This document shows, in pieces, positions 1 through 12,600 of a DNA stretch of 64,000 nt. How positions within the stretch are numbered: the stretch's first letter is position 1; each line of letters starts with the position of its first letter. The stretch is from NCBI GenBank assembly GCA_964035545.1, contig OZ037768.1:4434741-4498740 (forward strand). The letters are read 5' to 3'. A model generated the notes under the pieces. That model saw only the letters and a program-made list of their open reading frames with translations, did no database searches and was not told the origin of the DNA. Both the position numbers and the translations under genes were made by a program. The DNA comes from Bugula neritina (taxonomy: Eukaryota; Animalia; Bryozoa).

Positions 1-88
1 CTGTGACAAAAATGCACAATATAGTAAATAATAATGAAATACATTTAAAAATGAAATTTTCTAAATAGCAGGTTTACAAAGCACTTAC

Positions 89-149
89 TTGTCTTTGCTG
101 AACAAAGAGCCAGCAAAACTGCACCAATAAGAATAGTAAGATACTTCAT
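89..149 (-). CDS. First coding exon (signal peptide MKYLTILIGAVLLALCSAKT) of a secreted/membrane protein gene continuing off the left edge
   Basis: ATG at 149, 20 codons +1 nt, then a GTAAGT donor (88-83). An 88-nt intron ends in TTTTTGTCACAG exactly at position 1. Classic n/h/c signal peptide; TATATAA lies upstream. Confidence 0.7.
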
Positions 150-218
150 ATTGCCTCCAATTTCTCTCTACTTTGCTCACAGCTGTTGTGTAAAGTTTAG
201 TGTATGCATGAGAGAGAC

Positions 219-225
219 TTATATA
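219..225 (-). promoter_or_regulatory. Putative TATA box (TATATAA) of the left-edge secreted-protein gene
   Basis: TATATAAG on the minus strand 70 nt upstream of the ATG at 149. AT-rich context lowers specificity. Confidence 0.4.
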
Positions 226-3200
226 ATTTAATATTCTTCAATTATCTGCATTGTTAGGAAACCGTGGCATGTGTTTGGTTGTTTAGCTAATATTGGTTCC
301 AAAAATAACTTGGCAACAAGATGGAGGTAAAGTTTTTATACTAATCAGTCATGGTTCAATTAGAGTGCTAAACTGTTTTAAAACAATTGTATTTATCTTT
401 TAGCACTCTCATTTTAAGCAAAAATACTATAGCGCCTGATTTTATTGCTAAGCAAGTATAGATTACTTGATGTTTTATGATAGGACTCTCACTGTACCTA
501 GATGCAGTCAATTGAGTTCTCTGCGTCTCTCAACTTTCAGAAGGTAATCTTTGTCCGCATTTCATAACACCATTTTCCTGCATCTAGACATAAACTTATA
601 CCTGTTGCTTAGTGAAGAATATAAGCATTAAATATATCAATTAATTATGTAGTATTTCTCCAATAAACATCAGCAGCGGGATGATGACATTATGGTGCAT
701 GAATGAGCAAGTTTTAGAATTTGCTATTTAATGTTGTATATAGTCAATTTCTTCTTTCTTTTAGACTCTAAATATGTTTATTAAACTAGTAGAGTTTTGC
801 TTGCTGCTAAGAGTAAAGCTGGCTTTATGCAAGTTGTTACATCTAGTTCATTAAACTCACTTTCTGTCAATCCTTCATTATTATTGCTAGATTGTAAAGT
901 AGCCTTATGGATAATTGGTCTGAATTTCTACTCTCCATTTAATGAACAAAGTTGCTGATTTTTGCATCTACATAGATTGAATGTATTCTCTTGGTAATGT
1001 TGTAACTTATTGTTGTGAGATTTAATAACAGAGCACATAATGTTTCTCTAACAACTACAACTTCAAGCTCATATCATTAAGTAATTTATTAAAATTATCT
1101 ATATGGTGACCATATATATAGAGTTGAGCCACGTAGTGAGTTTTCTGCCATTTATTAGTTTGTTGACAAATTCACAGTTTATATTTAAATCCAAGTTTCT
1201 CCATGAACCTTGCTATAATGGAGTGTATGCATTAAAGCTAGTGATGTCGGTGTGAGAAGAAATCTCTGTTGCCAAAGTCAGGTAATGGAAATACTGAAGA
1301 TACTGACGTTATAAATTGCTGCATGCTAAGTGCTAAACTGTCGATATTGTAGCATTTTATAATTTTGGTATACCTTATGTGACCCATTAAATATATTCAC
1401 TCAACAGCAGAAAGAGTTTGTGTACTTTGAGGCTATGTAGCACAACACTAGAAAAGTGAGTGTCCTTGATACCTATAGTCTGAAAGACAGGACCATAGAA
1501 ACGTGTGTGCTGCTACTGAAACAACTACAAAAGTCTTAATACCAAGGATATGGGAAATACCAGCCTAGAACTAATATAAATGCCACAAAGTACATCAGCA
1601 TAATTGAATATATAATTATATTTGTATACAAAATGTCAAATGTAAAAATACCATTTTAATAGCGGCTTTCTATAAAAGTTTTGTTGTCAAAGAATATGTT
1701 TACATTAAATTATTTTACTTAAATAGGCAATTAATAGAATAAAATATTACTTTGAATAAAATCTACAACAACCATAACTTGACAGCGTAAAGCTGTATAC
1801 AGCATTTAGAAGTTGTTTCGTTACAGAAGTTTGGCTGCCAGAAAAGTCCAAAGTGTTAGCAAATTCTAGAGACACGCCCACTGCCTACAACAGTTATATA
1901 ACATACATAATTTCAGTTGTAACTGATAACTTTTATGTATATCATAATAATCCAAGTACAATTCAGTTGACAAACTAAATGTAGTCAATTAACTTTTCTA
2001 AGCTTTCAATTTTAAAATTAATTTTATTGCCTGTTTTAATTATACTAGTAATAAATTAATTATACATATTGAAACCTTATTGCTTTTTCCAAAGGTTGAA
2101 GATGGAAAGAGTACACCTATAAGGCATTTTTATTGCATGCATCATACTATAGTTATTTTGTGAAGCTTCTAGGCTTTCTCAAATGCTTGCATTTTATTAA
2201 ACCAAATGCTAATCCAGTTATTGTATTATTCTGCTTGCATTACGGGAAGCCCACATGTACTTACCTTTCACATCAATGGTAAACTCTAGATCTGCCATGG
2301 AAATGTACAGTTAACTCATCTGAAGTTGTAGATAGAATGAACTCCTTAGAAATGGGCTCGTTTTTACTTATTTTTTCCTAAAAATAGATATACAATATAT
2401 ATAGAACTGATATACTGTAAGCTTACATATATGTAAAAAATATTTTTATTTTCTACATACAAGTGGTATTATAATACTGAAAACACACGCACACTTCAAT
2501 CTCTCCATTTATAGATGGTTATTACTTACTATTAGCTAACTTTTGTCTGCATAACTGGAATAAAAAAACTCAATGTAAGAGCTGTTGTCCTTTATAGTTC
2601 TGTTGCTAGGATTGAAACTACAAGGAAGCACAATAATAAACATAAGAGTTATTAACAGAATGTATGCAGGAAAAAGCTGTAGCAGCTGTATACACACATA
2701 TACAAGTATAATACATATTTTATTATTGGTTTATCCCATTCTATACTCATATAAGTTATACAGCACACATACACATACTCATTCACGAATGCACGCACAA
2801 GTATGATACTTTTTGTCATGAAATAAATAAAGGGAAATAGTAACAACAATTAAAATGTGAGATAATTCATTTTTGCTCCAACTTCTTGTTAAGTAAATAC
2901 GATTATGTAGCTCAGTGTATAACATGAGACTATTTGGAATCATAAATGATAAGCTTGTATTTCTGTTGAATCTAATTGTTAGTTGACAGCTAGGTTGCTA
3001 AATTGCTATCAAACAGCATAAGATAAGGTGTGGCCAAGAGATGTGGATGCTGATTATAGTCACACCCACTAGACGGGCTATTACAGTATGAACCAACTGA
3101 AACTTTTAGTTTGAAGATTATGTCCTAATTTTTAAACAAGACCATGTTTTAATTTTTAAACAAGATTTAGCATTTTTTCTAAAGCATCTGATGCAGATTG

Positions 3201-4407
3201 TGCATGAAGTGTTTGATTTTTAGTGCCATATAAATTACAGCTTTTGAAATTTTCTTTCAAACAAGCTAATGACTTTAAAAATCAAATTAAGTTTGTGCTT
3301 TATTAGAAAAGTTCGATCAAGGCCCATGCAAATTGGTTTAAACCAATTTGTACTCAATATAATGGTAGAAGCCTAAAGCATTATTTTAAGTTGCAAGAGA
3401 CTTACATAGATAAGTTGAACCTAATACCAGTAACTAAAAGAAGTATGTGAGTAACAGAAGCCCACAGCATAATCAGTGTTTTATTCTATCCATTGATTTG
3501 TATAAAAATGATCACTTTTCGCCTCAAAGTTTGCATCCAGTAACCATGCAAAACATTAAAAAAAAATATTTCTCAATATTTTATGCAAAGATGCAATTTT
3601 GGATAAGCCTAGATTCATTTGGTGATAGTTTTAAATCTTGGGGTTCAATTGCATGACCATTTACAATATTATAATTCTATGCTAAAATCTAACCTTTATT
3701 CTACTAGTGCAAGTACCAGCCTAATATATTATTTTGATGAAAGAAAATTTAACAAGTTACATTTAGCTAACAATCAAAGTTACCACCACCAATTCTATTA
3801 AAATACTGCACAATGTATTAAATATTGAGAAATTCTATAAACACAAACATGGGGGTCTGGTCACAGAACCTGTCTTTATCAGTATTTTACCTATCAGTTG
3901 GTGGTACAAAGTTTACAAAACATTGATAGTGCAAGAATATATAGCACAAAAAAATCTCAAGGTTGTGAGATAAAGGCTTGATATGTTTATCAACTTCAAT
4001 GCTGAGAGAATATGTACAATCTTTGATTGTCGTGATACACAGTTTCAACATGGTATGCATTTTATTGTTAAATTTATGTTGCTTGACTTGCATAAACCAC
4101 ATGAATATACAAGATTCAACTAATAATAATGTATTATGATATTAGCATAGCTTTCTTAAGTTATATAAACAAAATTAATGAAAGGGGGTGTTTAATGCAC
4201 CAAACATTTTGCGTGTTTTATGCTGAAAGATATTATGAGTCATAGATGCTGCTTTTACGTTGTAGAACTTTATTGTTGTAAAGGTAAAATATTAAACATT
4301 AGTTTACATTTTATTATATAATAATACAGTGCTGAGGTATGAATTTATGCAACTGTTTTATTATAAACATTGGCTTGAAACTGCAAATCAATCATCTAGA
4401 AATTGGA

Positions 4408-6469
4408 TTACAACATTTTTACTGCAACAGCCACTAGAAGAGCAAAGAGACTGACTCTGCTGATGTATCCGCTGCCTATAAAACAAAAAGAGAGATAATG
4501 TATCACCACATACAGAGTTCTCCTCTATCTCATCCATCAGGTTATCACAACATATATCACATTATGACCCAAGTTTCTAACCACTAGGCTATATGGTTGT
4601 TCCCTCAAATTAAGGAAAGAGAGATTACATTAATATCTATATATTCTAAAAGAGATTTCTGCAGTCAAGATATCATGAAAAGTTACTACAGGATAATATT
4701 GTTCTATGCAAAGACTGTAGCAACTTACTGACGGCAGTGATGGTGAATTCCACATCATGATTACCAGATTTAGGTGCTCGAAAACGGATAGTCAGGTCAT
4801 CACTCGTCGTAGACATAACTGTACTTTTTTTGATTGAATTTTTACTGTTGAAAGTTTCCTAAAAATAATTGCAATCAAGTTTTAGTGGCTTAAACTTTTT
4901 CTACAGCCTTTAACCTTTTGTCTTTTTAAACTCAACTTTTCAATACTCACAATCAAGTCATTGATATCTGTGTCATCATCATCGTAGAACTCAATGGAGG
5001 ATTTATCAGATATGCTTCTCCGATTTTTGTTGAACCTGTAAGCAATGACTACAAACTAAAAATTGGCAATTTTTTGTAAATGGCAATTTTAATATAATAT
5101 TTTGACAACATGGCATAACTGATATCCCTTCAAAGTAAGCACATTTTTTTTAATTGCAGGAAACAATATCTCTGACCTGTTTAAAAGATTTTAATTAGAA
5201 AAATATTGAAAGAACAAAAACAAGCCGCTAGTTGTTATGCCTTTGCTTGGATTGAAGCATTTGCATAATAATATATCTAAGTCCTAAAGTTGTCTTTATA
5301 AACGCAACTTAATACATATTATGTATTAGACATAGCATTATAATATACATATTATGCACGCGATCTGCAAAACTATATCTAGTGCCTAAAATTTTGCACA
5401 TATATGTATGAGATTGGGGAAAAGAGAAAGGTTTTTGGTCAAAATATTGCGTTTGTGGTACCAACATAGTTTTAGGCAATGCTAATGGTGTATAAATAAA
5501 CCTTAAAACAACTTAAGGGTTTCAACAAAAATTGCAAGTAAATTTATTTAGGAGGAAATTTTCATTCCAAGACAAATCTATAAACAATTGTGCAATAAAA
5601 TCACTTTAATTCTGGATTATATACTGCTAGGTTATTAAAAAGGGGAATAAATTTTTATCTATTTTTTAGTAAAATATTAAACTGATATACTTGATGCTCA
5701 AAGTTTTCCCGTTGTCAAATAAAGAAGTGGTGAACTTCATATAGCAATCGATGGACTTTTTCGCTAGGGTTGAACTGAACACAACTGTGGCCTGGTCTCC
5801 TTTTCTTATGGAATGTGATGGAGTAATAGATGAAAATGCTGAACAGTCTGACCCACTGTCGGCATAATACAACACTACAACAATACCAACAACACTACAA
5901 CAATACCAACAACACTACAACAATACCAACAACACTACAACAATACCAACAACACTACAAAAATACCAACAACACTACAACAATACCAATAACACTACAA
6001 CAATACCAACAACACTGCAACAATACCAACAACACTACAGCAATACCAACAACACTACAACAATACCAACAACACTGCAACAATACCAACAACACTACAA
6101 CAATACCAACAACACTACAACAATACTTTGTAACAAATCAACAACTTGAAAATGCTACAATTAGAGTAGCTATGTTTACCATTTACAAAAAAGTTGTTAA
6201 TAATGTAACAAGCAAGTAATACAAGCACGAATAACTATAATTATTATGATGAATTTCACAATTGTCAAGTATTTTAATAAATGGTTACATAACAGGTGAA
6301 TGTCTCAGACACACTCTACCTGGTTGAGAAACTGATGGTAGCACTCGCCGTTCTTTGCCAGACAAGGCACTAGTAGAAAGAATGTTGCTATTACTGTAAA
6401 CAGCTTCATCTCTGTTGGTAAAAGTAGCTAAATTTCTAAATTGCAACGAACCAGCTATGCTTTCGGTTA
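4408..6469 (-). CDS. Divergent single CUB-like domain protein with C-terminal hydrophobic (GPI-signal-like) tail; 5' exon(s) not identified
   Basis: Five phase-compatible GT-AG exons: 6469-6320, 5874-5691, 5035-4951, 4858-4729, 4475-4408 (TAA). Spliced protein: ...KERRVLPSVSQPVLYYADSGSDCSAF...IDCYMKF...TLSIKF...SIEFYDDDD...STTSDDLTIRFRAP...VEFTITAVSSGYISRVSLFALLVAVAVKML*. The beta-strand motifs follow the CUB pattern (DCxWxI, LxF, LEIYDG, SxxNxLxIRFRS, FxxxYxA). Confidence 0.7.
5871..6126. repeat. 20-bp minisatellite (CAATACCAACAACACTACAA)n, ~13 copies, overlapping a splice acceptor
   Basis: Exact 20-nt period visible in lines 5881-6120. Confidence 0.95.
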
Positions 6470-7799
6470 CTAAAATGACACACCTCAAATTTTGCAGCAC
6501 ATTTTATCTCAAGGTTAATGTTTATCTTGTACCTCTAAATTATTATTGAAAGCAGGTTATCTATTGACCCCTAATCAGCGGAGATATGTTTTGTGTATAC
6601 TGCAAGGAAAGTATTCAAACAGTTTTACAGCAGATTTGTTGACACAAGAGTTTTCACCAGATTATCTTTACTGTATTATGAGTTACTGTGACTTGTTGAA
6701 ACAGAATAACACATCATAAGTTGTGATTTTATGCTGCCCCCAAGTTATTGAGATTTAATATCTTATATATTAGTTTATTTGCTATAATGACAATATTTGT
6801 AGTTTGAACAATATTAGTTAGTAATTTAAATTGACCTGAATTGGGAAATGACTTGAAATGAGCAAAATTAGAAAGCATGTGCGTGTGAAGTTTTTCGTTC
6901 TCAGTTTTAGTATAGTTGGCAATGATCTTGTAGTGCAGAGTTTATTCAAGGACAGGCAACTTCCCTTTGCTATAGAATTGAGAATAGTTTCCCAGTTTAT
7001 ATTTTACTATTGTTGTAAGGTGTTTCCATAAAATCTTTCTTCTAGCTGTGTTTTTTTGCATATTGTGTCTTTCTACTGGTCATTAAAATCTCATTGCTAG
7101 TAATATAAATAAATAGATGAAATGAGGAAAAAGAGGAATAGATTCAATTATAACTGTGGCTCGAGGCTCGCCATATCTGTTAAAGCATTTGCCAGTATGG
7201 CTATTGACAGTGTTGACAATTGACATTGCTTTCAAAGTAACCAGGAACTCAGACTAGAGAGCAGGAAAGCTGGGTCATGGTTTGCACAGCCATATAATAT
7301 ATTATTTATATTTTATGATTACAGTGTTACAGTGTATAAGATACGTGCAGAAGGATGCTACATCAGAGCTCGGAGCAATTTGAGATAAATCAGTTATTAC
7401 AATAGGGATTTAAAAATTGTAGCTGTCGTTGGGTGGAATCATATCATAAAAACATAATTTGTGTGATCACTACGCAACTGTTTAGGTTGGTCAAAAACGT
7501 TCGAGTTATCTCTCCTATAATAAAAGCAATGACCACGCCCTACAATAAAAGACTGCGTTTTAGAGAATATATTATATGTCGTTAATATGTACCTGTAATC
7601 CTATAATGAACTAGTGTAAATTGTAACGATGAAGCAAGTAAGGTTCAGAGGCTTGATGTTGTATAGGAAATAAAGTTCGTGGAATTTTCATCAACTTTGC
7701 ATTGTTGTAACAATGTTGAGGCATCAATATGGGGAAAACTAAGTAGAATAGTAAAATACTAAATAACTACCATTATTCTGTATCTCATAAATGAAATTA

Positions 7800-8540
7800 T
7801 AGCCATTAGTTGCTATAGCCTATCATGTCAGGTCTAGAGTCAGACGTAGTTTACTATTCATTTAGTTGTTCTTGTCAAGACCAATTGGCCTTGGCCCTGG
7901 GGCTTGAGACTGAAACCGGTTTCACTTTCAGTTTAGTTTGTATGCTGAAAGGTGAAAGCTGAAGAGTAAAGGCCCAGGTTTTGGTTTTCTTTTACTCAGT
8001 CTCATTCATCATTAGTTATTATTGTGTCTTTTAGTGCTAGCGCTAAGACTAAGCAAGTACTAGTAACACTTGCACAGCTATGCCTATTTATATTCAGATT
8101 CATATTGCTAACTTAAACTTACTACCACTCTAATTTGTACTATAACATTAGGTTTAACTATTAAATTTACTAGTATTATTATTACTATTAGACTTAGTAC
8201 TACATTAACTTTTAGTTCAGTAATACTAAATCTAATAGTAATAGTTATAGTAATACTAGTTCTAATACTAATAGTAATACTTATAGTTATTAGTTATTTG
8301 TTAGTTTTTTACTATGACTTTTACTTTATGTCTAACTATTACATTTACTGGCTCTCTCTTAGTCTTATTCTTGCTACAGTCAGTTTTAATGTACTCTTAC
8401 TTTTAGAGTTAGCCTAATGGCTATTGTTTACTACTAATATTTGGCATAGTTTTACTTTTTGATTTTTAATTTGGTAATAATAAATTAAATATAATCATAA
8501 TGCTACACATTTAATTTTAAATATCAATGTGAATATTTAT
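7800..8540. repeat. Cryptic 3/6-nt-periodic low-complexity tract (drifting hexamers, TAG/TAA/TAC-rich)
   Basis: e.g. CCTTGG CCCTGG GGCTTG AGACTG AAACCG GTTTCA CTTTCA and TAATAG TAATAG TTATAG TAATAC TAGTTC TAATAC. Confidence 0.5.
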
Positions 8541-9611
8541 ATTAATGTTAAAAGTTAAAATTAAAAAAAAAGTGATTCTCACTTGAGTATAATTAAAATT
8601 GATTAGCCACTAGTCACCATGACTATCATATTAACATACTAATTATTTTCCAACTATTTAGTAGATGATATTCAGTTGAAACCTGAATGTAAGTCAGTTA
8701 CTTGCAGACTGCAGTTACTTGGACTATCACATCTCACTAAACTTGATTGCTAATGTATATCAATCACTGTTATAAAAGCCACATTGTAAATAATTTAATG
8801 TCCATCAGAAATACTCTTGCTAAGAAATTGCTGTCAGGCTTCAGATGTATTTACATTAAAAGAAATACTAAGCTGGCAATCTTAATAAGATGCTTTTTAC
8901 CATCTATTACTCGTGATTTTTATAAATAAAAATATCATTGAAGTGAATAATTTGAAGAAAAATACATTATTCAAAGCATAAGTGTTAGAAAAATAAATAT
9001 AATGGAACACAAGGTACCACTTACTATGGTATGTGATATGTTGTTAGTGCCTTTAATCTAACATCAACCCAAAAATGTGCGATTGCAAATTTAGCATAGC
9101 TTGCATTGAGAGTATGCCAAAAAGCTGAAACTAGTAGTATAACTAGTAGTAATTTTGGGCCAATTTTAAAAATTATTGAATATCGATAGGAGCTTTCTTG
9201 ATCATAGGCCATGTTGTTAACAAAAATAGGAGGCAAACCAACATAAAAGAAGAATTACGCTGCATCTTATAATAGTTATTGTAACTACATTAACTTTTTA
9301 CAAAAGATCATAATATTTATTGTGTAGCAAACTCTGTTTACAAAGTTCAGTCTATTGGCAGCAATATTATGTTCTGTTTGCCGAAAATGAATAACCATGT
9401 TGTGCTATGTTAACTACTGAGAAGTCAATACATGGGTTTACAATTTAAATATTTTTCTAATAATAGTTTTACAACTGCTAATATATCCAGAAGTTAGGTA
9501 CCATTTGTTTCTGTGATATACCTAGTGAGTGTGTTTTAATAAGTATGCGTTGAATTGCACAGTTTCCTAGGTTTATTTTTTGCATCCTGTTGTTTCCCAG
9601 AAGCTGCCAGC

Positions 9612-12600
9612 ATGGCTGGTTTTCACGAGGATGAAGCACAGTATGGAAGAGAAGATTTTGTACTCCTGGATAATGTAGATATTGACAGTTTTGTGGCCAA
9701 CCTTCGAAAAAGGTGATTCTTAAAAATTAAAACTTTGATTTGCCATATATAATTTACCAATAAAACCTAATTTCCCTTATTTTAGTTAAGGTAACATTTC
9801 ACGGTTCAATTTTTTAAATAGGTACAACACATCTAGAATATACACGTACATAGGAGAAGTTGTCGTATCTGTCAACCCATATCGTCCTTTAAACATCTAC
9901 GATGACAATGTGATAAAGGATTATAAAGGCCGGGAGATTTATGAGCGACCACCACATGTGTTTGCTCTGACAGATTCTGCCTATAAAACTATGAAAAGAA
10001 CTGGAAAAAGTACTTGCATAGTGATATCTGGTGAGTGCTATTGAAACTTGCATACACTTGTATATAATATTTTTAAAAAATTTGATAGCAATTAGTTGTA
10101 TGCAAATGATGACAGCGTTGTTGATCGTTTGCTATATCTTTAATGATTTGCGTTGTTTATTCTGATTTTTTCGACTATATTGTTTTATTTTTGTTTTTTA
10201 TTCGCAGGTGAAAGTGGTGCTGGAAAGACAGAGGCTTCTAAGTATATCATGCGATACATTTCAGCGGTTACCAATGTGAAAGGTCAAAGAGAAGTGGAGA
10301 GGTGAATTATGAACACATCTTTAGGCTATAAAGTCTATAGTCCGTGTAATAGAAGAACAAGTCGTGTAATAGAAGAACAAGTCGACAAGTTGTTGATTGT
10401 TGGAGTAATTTAGTTTTGTGAAGTTGTTTTCAAAGTAAGCTGAAGTAATGGCTCCAGAATTTGTGATCGTCAATTGTTTTTGGTTGTGTTTACATTCTGT
10501 TTATCTTTTTCCAGGGTGAAAGACATTTTGATCAGATCAAACGTGATATTAGAAGCTTTTGGAAACTCAAAAACGAATAGAAATGATAATTCTAGTCGAT
10601 TCGGCAAATACATGGATATTAACTTTGACTTCAAGGGGGACCCTGTTGGAGGCCATATTAACAATTATCTTTTAGAAAAGGTGAGTTCTGTTAGCATTTA
10701 CTAGTAAAATACTTGTGGTGTAAGTAAATTTAGTAGTTCTTAGATTAGAGAAACACGGGTTTAATACTCAATACTCAATTTTAATACTAAAATATAATAA
10801 TTACAGAAAACACAGCTCTGCACCAGCTATAAGTTAATTTCCTTTTTTGCTAAATGTATTTATTAAGTATTTTTTAAACAAACACTTTAGAATATTACTT
10901 TTATTTTGGGTAATTAAAAGGTTTCTGAATGAGTTTTAATGAACTTTTAGTAAATGTTGAATTGAAGTAGTTTTTTGCTGAATAACTATCTTTCAGAACT
11001 GCAGTTGTTTTATTTAAACAGTATTAGAGCTACATATCCTATTATAATTGGCAAGCTTTCCTGTATTTTGGTAGGCAATTAGTTTAAGTTAATTAAAATT
11101 ACAAAGACTAATAGTTGTTGGATCCATAAACGGTATTTCTATGACTATATCATTCAATGTGACGTAATAATTGTATCTCTTTGGTGATGTGTGATGGAAC
11201 ACATTGTGTAACTGAGAACAAAGAACTAATGGTAGAGACCTGCACACTGAGGTCATTGGTCCTGATTAGATGCTGTAATCATTGGTTACAAATACTCCTA
11301 TGCAACATCGTGCTTTAAACTGTCAGAATGGCATAATTTCCAAATTATTCAAAGGCCTCAGCTCTCTATTTGTCAACTCAAAGTTGTTAGGGATTTGCTG
11401 ATTGGGTGATTATAATGACAAAAGGTAGTATGTTTGCTAAGCTCTCTGACAGCCTATTTTTAGAGTACCTCATTGACAAAATGCAATGCAAAAACTCTCG
11501 CCCAATACTGTACTTTTGCCTGATGCAACAGCTCCATATAGCACATTTCATTGTAAAAACACTTTTGCACTTTAACTTACTGATTGTTAATACATATAGT
11601 TTTTATACTCAACACTCCATGAATAGTGATAAAACATAGTCACTCCTTTGTATTTAAAATATGCAATTACATTTAATAAGCTAGCCTAATGGTAAATCCA
11701 GTTTTGATTATGGCACAATAAATGTATTCGTCAAAACGGAAAAATTTATTGAATGCAACTGTGTTTATATATATTAAACATAGGAGATTTTAATGGTAAT
11801 CATTAATAAGTTTAAAGTACGTATATGCAGAATTGGTAAAGAGGCTGATTTCTGAACTATTGTAGTCGAGAGTCGTGCACCAGCAAGCTGGGGAAAGAAA
11901 CTTCCACTCATTCTACCACGTAAGTAACTACTCACTATGACTTATCTGTGCATCAAATAAACCTCTAAGATTTTTACATGTATAATATCAGCTATATTAG
12001 TCTACGAGATTTAAAAACACTCATTTCTTTAAACCAACTAGGGCTGCAAACATGGTGCAAAAGTCTATCTTTGAAATTAAACTGTCATACTACGAGCTTA
12101 TAACAACTTTACGAAGTGGCACCCAGACTTTGTATGATGTCTGAGCTGTAGTCATTCAGCTGGTCTGCTACTGTATTGTTATCTAGCAGTGATATATAAG
12201 TACAGCGTGCAACTAGCTGCTGCCTGATAACCCGTGCTCTGATAATGCTGCCTATGTTATTATATCTTCTGAACTGACTTAACAATATTGAGTAGCAACC
12301 GGTAGTAGGTTTGCACAAGGTTATCTGGAAGATTGTGTTTGGAGGTTGTCAAAGTGCAAGATAGTTTATGTACAAGTTTTGACTTATGGGATAATCTGTT
12401 GCTGTACAGAATCTTCTGCTCAAAAGATGGGTAAATGCCTTACTGTTGGACATTTTATTATAGAAATATAGTTTTTTGATGGTCATATGCTAGTGTAGCC
12501 TCTGTTTTGGTTTGCAGCTGTTGACGGGTGGTTCTGAAGACCTCATCTCTAGACTGCACTTGAAGAAAGACCCCTCAAGCTACCACTACACCAACCAGGG

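Noticed and set aside
498-587. 10-bp inverted repeat CTAGATGCAG...CTGCATCTAG as a MITE
   Set aside because: Short arms, no target-site duplication and no second copy seen.
5830-6219. 129-aa Gln/Thr/Asn-rich plus-strand ORF
   Set aside because: Read-through of the 20-bp repeat, antisense to an intron.
9024-9236. Minus-strand ORF MAYDQ...KLLLVILLVSAFWHTLNA as signal exon of the CUB-like gene
   Set aside because: Hydrophobic and well placed head-to-head with MYO1D, but it has no phase-1 GT donor to join the exon at 6469. The strong GTAAGT at 9024 is phase 2. Left unresolved.
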